In this document: piece after piece, positions 59,211 to 64,000 of the stretch | How the letters are laid out: each line of letters begins with the position of its first letter | Numbering within the stretch: the stretch's first letter is position 1 | Source of the DNA: an uncultured Candidatus Saccharibacteria bacterium | GTDB lineage: Bacteria; Patescibacteriota; Minisyncoccia; Phycocordibacterales; UBA6899 | NCBI GenBank assembly: GCA_964386905.1 | Contig: CAYLUP010000001.1 | Coordinates: 19,905 to 83,904 of the forward strand | Direction: 5' to 3' | DNA length: 64,000 nucleotides | The notes under the pieces: model-generated | What the model was told of the DNA's origin: nothing | What the model saw: the letters and a program-made list of their open reading frames with translations, nothing else | Database searches by the model: none | Program-made: the position numbers and the translations under genes

Positions 59211-61814
59211 ATGGAAAAGAAGAGAGCTCAGATGCAAGGTGAGATTGTCATTCGAGGAGCACGCACACATAATTTAAAAAATGTTTCGTTGTCGATACCG
59301 AGAAATACATTTACTGTTTTCACAGGGCTATCCGGATCAGGAAAGTCCTCTTTGGCATTTGATACCATTTTTGCTGAAGGTCAGCGACGATATGTTGAGT
59401 CGCTATCTGCATATGCGAGACAGTTTCTGCATACCATGCAAAAGCCAGACGTTGATGAAATTTCTGGCCTCTCACCTGCAATTTCAATCGATCAAAAATC
59501 TCATTCATCAAACCCACGATCAACAGTGGCGACTATTACAGAGATTAATGATTATCTTCGTGTTCTTTTTGCCCGCATAGGAGTACCTCATTGCTTAATA
59601 TGCGGAAAAGCTATAAAGCGACTGACAAACGAGGAAATTCTTGCATTTGCTTTTGAGCGTGCAGAGACACTTCTGACACAGTCTGCATCAAAAGACGTAA
59701 TGGGTGTTTCATTGAACGATAAAAAGATTGGCGTCTATGCACCAATTGTTCGAGGCCGAAAAGGAGAGTATTATCAAATGCTTTATGATTACTTAGGAAA
59801 AGGATTTTCGCGTGTTCGTGTTGATGGTGAGAATTATAGTTTACGTGAACGTATCGCACTTACAAAAACAAAAAAACACGATATCGACTTGTTGGTTGAT
59901 GAGTTTTTTGCATCAGAATTTCATGACGATGAGCGAGGGGTGCGCGAAAGGCTTTCTGAGGCCGTTGAGCGAGCGCTCGAAGAAAGTGACGGATTAGTAA
60001 AACTAATCGTCGATAACGAAGAAATTCTCCTTTCTGCAAAATTTGCATGTCCTGATGATGGTTTTTCGTATCCAGAGATTGAGCCACGTCTTTTTTCTTT
60101 TAATTCTCCTGCAGGTGCTTGTGAAGCGTGTAATGGTTTGGGGACAAAACATATTTTCGGAGAGGATACATGTGATGTGTGTCATGGTGCACGGCTCAAG
60201 AAAGAAGCTCTTCATGTATACATACAGGGCAAAAATATTGTTGACATTACACGTCTTTCTGTGGATCGTGCATTTGATTACTTCACCCTCCTAGAACTCT
60301 CTGATTTTGAAAAAAAGATATCGGGCGTTGTTATCAAAGAAATTGTTACGCGATTATCTTTTATGCGAGATGTTGGTATTGGGTATTTGACACTCGGGAG
60401 ACGAGCCAATACGTTGTCTGGCGGTGAGGCTCAACGCATACGCCTTGCATCACAGCTTGGCTCTCGCCTTGTTGGTGCGCTGTATGTTCTCGATGAGCCG
60501 ACAATTGGATTGCATCAAAGGGATAATGATAAGCTTATTCGAACATTACGAGACCTTTGTGATATTGGGAATACGATCATTGTTGTTGAGCATGACGAAG
60601 ACACCATCTTTGCTTCAGATTTCATTGTGGATATTGGCCCAGGGGCAGGCATCCATGGCGGAGAAGTAATGGTATCTGGATATCTCGACACAGTGCTCAC
60701 TGATGGGAAGGAACAATCGCTCACCCTTGAATATCTTCGTCGCGAAAAATGCATTCCTATACCAGAAAAACGTCGTGATGCGGAGCTTGGAAAGTTGTTT
60801 ATCCAGGGAGCACAAATCTATACGTTAAAAAATATTACTGCAGAAGTTCCATTGGGACGTTTTGTGTGCATTACTGGTGTTTCTGGATCTGGGAAATCCA
60901 CGTTTTTATATGAGGTTATCCACAAGAACCTTCAGCATTTTTTTGATAGGAAAATAAAGCGAGATGCCCCAGTCAATGCGTCAGTGTTTTCAGGGACAGA
61001 ATATTTAAATCGTGTCGTGCTTATTGATCAATCTGCGATTGGTCGAACACCACGCAGCAACCCAGCAACGTACACAGGTGCATGGACTTTTGTTCGTGAA
61101 TTGTTTGCGGAAACAGAAGAGGCAAAAGTCCGTGGCTGGAAACCTTCACGTTTTTCATTCAACGTGAAAGGTGGAAGATGTGAGGCATGTGAGGGGAATG
61201 GTGAAATTGCAGTTGAAATGCATTTTCTCCCAACGGTATATGTTATGTGTGAGGTGTGTCACGGAAAGAGGTTTATGAAGGAAACGCTTGAAGTTAAGTT
61301 TCGTAAAAAAACAATTTTTGATATTCTGGATATGACTATTGAGGAGGCAGCAAGGTTTTTTGCTGATATTCCAGCAATATACGATCGACTGAGGACACTT
61401 GAAGAAGTTGGTTTGCAGTATCTTAAACTCGGACAATCTGCGACAACCCTTTCCGGTGGTGAGGCACAGCGTATTAAGATTGCTTCGGAGTTGTACCGTC
61501 CTCATCAAGACCGAACACTGTACTTGTTGGATGAACCGACTGTTGGGTTGCATTTCGAGGACGTGCGAAGGCTTATAGAAATTCTTCAGGCACTCGTTAG
61601 AAAAGGAAATACTGTACTGCTTATTGAGCACAATCTCGACGTCATTAAATCAGCTGACTGGATCATTGATTTTGGGCCAGAGGGAGGGGAGGGTGGAGGA
61701 TCTATCGTTGCAAAAGGAACCCCAGAAGATGTTGCTGCAAATACACACTCTGCAACAGGACAGTACCTGGCGAAAGTTCTTCATAGAAACCCAAAGAAAA
61801 AACAGGCTCGATAA
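59211..61814 (+). CDS. uvrA: Excinuclease ABC subunit A
   Basis: Two Walker A motifs (GLSGSGKSS, GVSGSGKST), two LSGGEAQR and zinc fingers. Confidence 0.98.
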   Translation: MEKKRAQMQGEIVIRGARTHNLKNVSLSIPRNTFTVFTGLSGSGKSSLAFDTIFAEGQRRYVESLSAYARQFLHTMQKPDVDEISGLSPAISIDQKSHSSNPRSTVATITEINDYLRVLFARIGVPHCLICGKAIKRLTNEEILAFAFERAETLLTQSASKDVMGVSLNDKKIGVYAPIVRGRKGEYYQMLYDYLGKGFSRVRVDGENYSLRERIALTKTKKHDIDLLVDEFFASEFHDDERGVRERLSEAVERALEESDGLVKLIVDNEEILLSAKFACPDDGFSYPEIEPRLFSFNSPAGACEACNGLGTKHIFGEDTCDVCHGARLKKEALHVYIQGKNIVDITRLSVDRAFDYFTLLELSDFEKKISGVVIKEIVTRLSFMRDVGIGYLTLGRRANTLSGGEAQRIRLASQLGSRLVGALYVLDEPTIGLHQRDNDKLIRTLRDLCDIGNTIIVVEHDEDTIFASDFIVDIGPGAGIHGGEVMVSGYLDTVLTDGKEQSLTLEYLRREKCIPIPEKRRDAELGKLFIQGAQIYTLKNITAEVPLGRFVCITGVSGSGKSTFLYEVIHKNLQHFFDRKIKRDAPVNASVFSGTEYLNRVVLIDQSAIGRTPRSNPATYTGAWTFVRELFAETEEAKVRGWKPSRFSFNVKGGRCEACEGNGEIAVEMHFLPTVYVMCEVCHGKRFMKETLEVKFRKKTIFDILDMTIEEAARFFADIPAIYDRLRTLEEVGLQYLKLGQSATTLSGGEAQRIKIASELYRPHQDRTLYLLDEPTVGLHFEDVRRLIEILQALVRKGNTVLLIEHNLDVIKSADWIIDFGPEGGEGGGSIVAKGTPEDVAANTHSATGQYLAKVLHRNPKKKQAR

Positions 61815-61824
61815 TTCGAGCCTG

Positions 61825-62256
61825 TTATTGATTTCTCTTCAACGTCCAGATTCCTTTTTTAATTCGAACATCAAAGATTGCTTGAATGAGATCCAAGAAA
61901 AGCAAGGCTTTTGTTTGAGGATCTTGAAACGCACGCTTTGATGCATGTTTTCGCAAATTTGGTGCGTAATAATCCACAACAGCATAGTACACGATGTACT
62001 GCATTGATTCTGGGGGCTCGCCTGTTGCAAATGTAATACTAATTTTGAGATCTCTCATTTTATTGAGGACAAATTTCAGAACCTTAATCATTCGCACAAG
62101 ATCGTCTTCTGGTCGTGCAGAGGTTAGTGTTCCTGGGATGTGTTTTTTGCAGTATTCAAAGAGTTGTGTGCGTACCGTGTCATCTTTTTGTTCTCCATGG
62201 AAGCCTCGAAGCGTCTGGAGAGGAATGACAACGGTCTCTCGTCCAGCATCGCTCAT
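61825..62256 (-). CDS. Hypothetical protein
   Basis: TTGACA-17-TAGATT promoter; GGAG SD; convergent terminator with uvrA. Confidence 0.65.
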   Translation of the reverse strand: MSDAGRETVVIPLQTLRGFHGEQKDDTVRTQLFEYCKKHIPGTLTSARPEDDLVRMIKVLKFVLNKMRDLKISITFATGEPPESMQYIVYYAVVDYYAPNLRKHASKRAFQDPQTKALLFLDLIQAIFDVRIKKGIWTLKRNQ

Positions 62257-62313
62257 AGCATGCTCCGTATATCTGATTGCAATCTACGTTGATTTTATGC
62301 TATTGTCAATATT

Positions 62314-63582
62314 ATGGTTTTGAATGACTTTCAAAAGATATCGCTTCCGGGGGCACCAGGTGTGTACTTTTTTTGTGATCATTCTGGGAATTTTCTGTAT
62401 ATTGGGAGGGCGACAAATTTGAAAACGCGTGTTCGGAGTTACTTCGACAAAGAACTTTCCGCTAAACGGGGGAAACATATTGTGGATATGGTTGAAAAGT
62501 CTGATGAAATTCAATATGTTCAAACAGATACCGTTTTTGATGCGATATTGCTTGAGGCTGCACTGATTAAAAAGCACACACCATACTATAATACTCGTGA
62601 AAAAGACAATAAAAGTTTTGCATATATTTGTATTACACGAGAGGATTTTCCACATGTTGTAATTATTCGACAAAGAAACATGGTGGCAGTGTCAGGTAGG
62701 CAGGATTCTACGTATCTTGCGATCTTTGGTCCGTTTACAAGTGTAAGAACAGCGGAGCAAATTTTGCATATTTTACGGAAGATGATTCCATACTCTGATA
62801 CGTGTTATCCAGGATCACAGAAGCCATGTTTCTCACGGCAGGTTGGATTGTGTCCAGGAGTCTGTACTGGTGAAATTTCAAAAAAGGCGTATGCACAAGA
62901 AATACAAAAGCTTCGCCTTATTCTATCAGGGCAAAAGATTGCATTAAAAGAAAAAACGAAAAGACATATGGAGCGAGCAGCAAAGGCGCTTCGGTTTGAA
63001 GATGCAGCAAGACACAAGAAGCTTCTGTTTGCGCTCACTCATATACAGGATATTGCACTTGTTGGGGAAGAGATTAAGGCAGAATCATTTCGGTCTGCAC
63101 AAAAACGTCTTCGCGCACATCGAATTGAAGCATATGACATTGCTCACCTTTTTGGAACACACACTGTTGGTGTCATGACCGTCGTCATTGACGGGAGTAT
63201 TGAAAAAAGTGAATATCGGAAATTTAAGATCCGCGAACAGGCAGATGAGCGTCTCATCAATGATCATTTTCGCACGGAAGAGGTTTTACGAAGGAGATTT
63301 GCCCATCTGCAGTGGCAGTATCCCGATGTAATTGTCATTGATGGGGGGTTGGCTCATATCCGTGCGGCTCGGCGCGTACTGCGGGAATTGCATATTCGTA
63401 TCCCAGTTGTCTCTGTTGTAAAAAATAAGAAACATCAAGCGAAAGGGATTATTGGAAATATAGAAATTGCAGAATCATATAAACCCCAAATTCTTCTTGC
63501 AAATATGGAGGCGCATCGTTTTGCTCTTGCATATCACCGCCAACTTCGTGATCGAATCACGGGTGCTACTATGTCCACATAA
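62314..63582 (+). CDS. uvrC: Excinuclease ABC subunit C (short form)
   Basis: GIY-YIG (PGVY...LYIGRA..LKTRVRSYF), Cys cluster, UVR domain and RNase H-like RIEAYDI...IDGG. Confidence 0.92.
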   Translation: MVLNDFQKISLPGAPGVYFFCDHSGNFLYIGRATNLKTRVRSYFDKELSAKRGKHIVDMVEKSDEIQYVQTDTVFDAILLEAALIKKHTPYYNTREKDNKSFAYICITREDFPHVVIIRQRNMVAVSGRQDSTYLAIFGPFTSVRTAEQILHILRKMIPYSDTCYPGSQKPCFSRQVGLCPGVCTGEISKKAYAQEIQKLRLILSGQKIALKEKTKRHMERAAKALRFEDAARHKKLLFALTHIQDIALVGEEIKAESFRSAQKRLRAHRIEAYDIAHLFGTHTVGVMTVVIDGSIEKSEYRKFKIREQADERLINDHFRTEEVLRRRFAHLQWQYPDVIVIDGGLAHIRAARRVLRELHIRIPVVSVVKNKKHQAKGIIGNIEIAESYKPQILLANMEAHRFALAYHRQLRDRITGATMST

Positions 63583-63612
63583 GCTTGGCGGGAAGTGTGG
63601 TATGATGTTTGT

Positions 63613-64000
63613 ATGTCTATGCATCGGAAACGTGTTGCGGTGGTTCGCGGAGGGCCATCTTCTGAGTATAATGTTTCTCTTAAAACCGGAGAAACAGTAT
63701 TGAGGCATCTTGATCGTGATCGATTTATTCCACACGATGTTGTGCTTACTCGCGACGGTATATGGTATATGAATGGTGTGCGAACAACATTTGCAGATAT
63801 TGCACAGCACTCCGACGTGATATTTAATGCACTGCATGGAGAATTCGGCGAGGACGGGAAAGCACAGCAACTTTTTCGGTCTTTTGGTTTACCTTATACA
63901 GGGTCTGATGCGCTTGCTTCGGCTGTTGGTATGCACAAAGGCCTTGCCCGTGAACGTTTTGAGGCAATGGGGCTAACAGTCGCTCGTGGGGAAGTTATTC
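63613..64000 (+). CDS. ddl: D-alanine--D-alanine ligase, 3'-partial (absent from the ORF track)
   Basis: VAVVRGGPSSEYNVSLKTG...FNALHGEFGEDG...PYTGS; runs off the window. Confidence 0.93.
   Translation, partial: MSMHRKRVAVVRGGPSSEYNVSLKTGETVLRHLDRDRFIPHDVVLTRDGIWYMNGVRTTFADIAQHSDVIFNALHGEFGEDGKAQQLFRSFGLPYTGSDALASAVGMHKGLARERFEAMGLTVARGEVI

Noticed and set aside
1-64000. CRISPR array, transposase, integrase or prophage
   Set aside because: No regularly spaced repeat-spacer series and no recognisable Cas, transposase, integrase or phage structural motifs.
1-64000. Alternative genetic code (UGA = Gly, as in Gracilibacteria/Absconditabacteria)
   Set aside because: Conserved genes are full length under code 11, and rsmH and mreC end in TGA.

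Overview
This 64 kb window looks like chromosomal DNA from a Patescibacteria (CPR), probably Parcubacteria. That assignment is inferred from the short ProRS, class I aldolase, reduced dcw cluster, short UvrC and many TM-anchored surface proteins. It uses the standard genetic code. Most of it is housekeeping: pfkB/fba, proS, mreBC(D)-mrdA, greA, lysS, mraZ-rsmH-ftsL-ftsI-murF, pyk, P-type ATPase, rmuC, recR, dnaB, rplU, U32 protein, uvrB/A/C and a partial ddl, plus tRNA-Glu(CTC) and tRNA-Gln(TTG). Single orphan genes are interleaved. I saw no CRISPR array, transposase, integrase or prophage. The most unusual signals are non-coding or small. (1) Each tRNA sits beside a multi-hairpin element bounded by direct and inverted copies of that tRNA's own sequence, with repeats about 195-200 bp apart. 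(2) Many core genes appear leaderless (extended -10 then ATG), whereas orphan genes carry -35/-10 promoters and Shine-Dalgarno sites. (3) An unannotated 39-aa ORF with an amphipathic tail lies between rsmH and ftsL. (4) A 27-aa Cys-rich peptide gene is divergent from an ArsR regulator. (5) mraZ has a long structured leader, and there is a candidate stand-alone sRNA. (6) There is a lone KwaB-like gene, a SLOG pair, pacifastin-like repeats, and a UvrA lacking its insertion domain. All calls come from reading motifs by eye; no searches were run. Many start coordinates were moved from the ORF track to promoter- or SD-supported starts.
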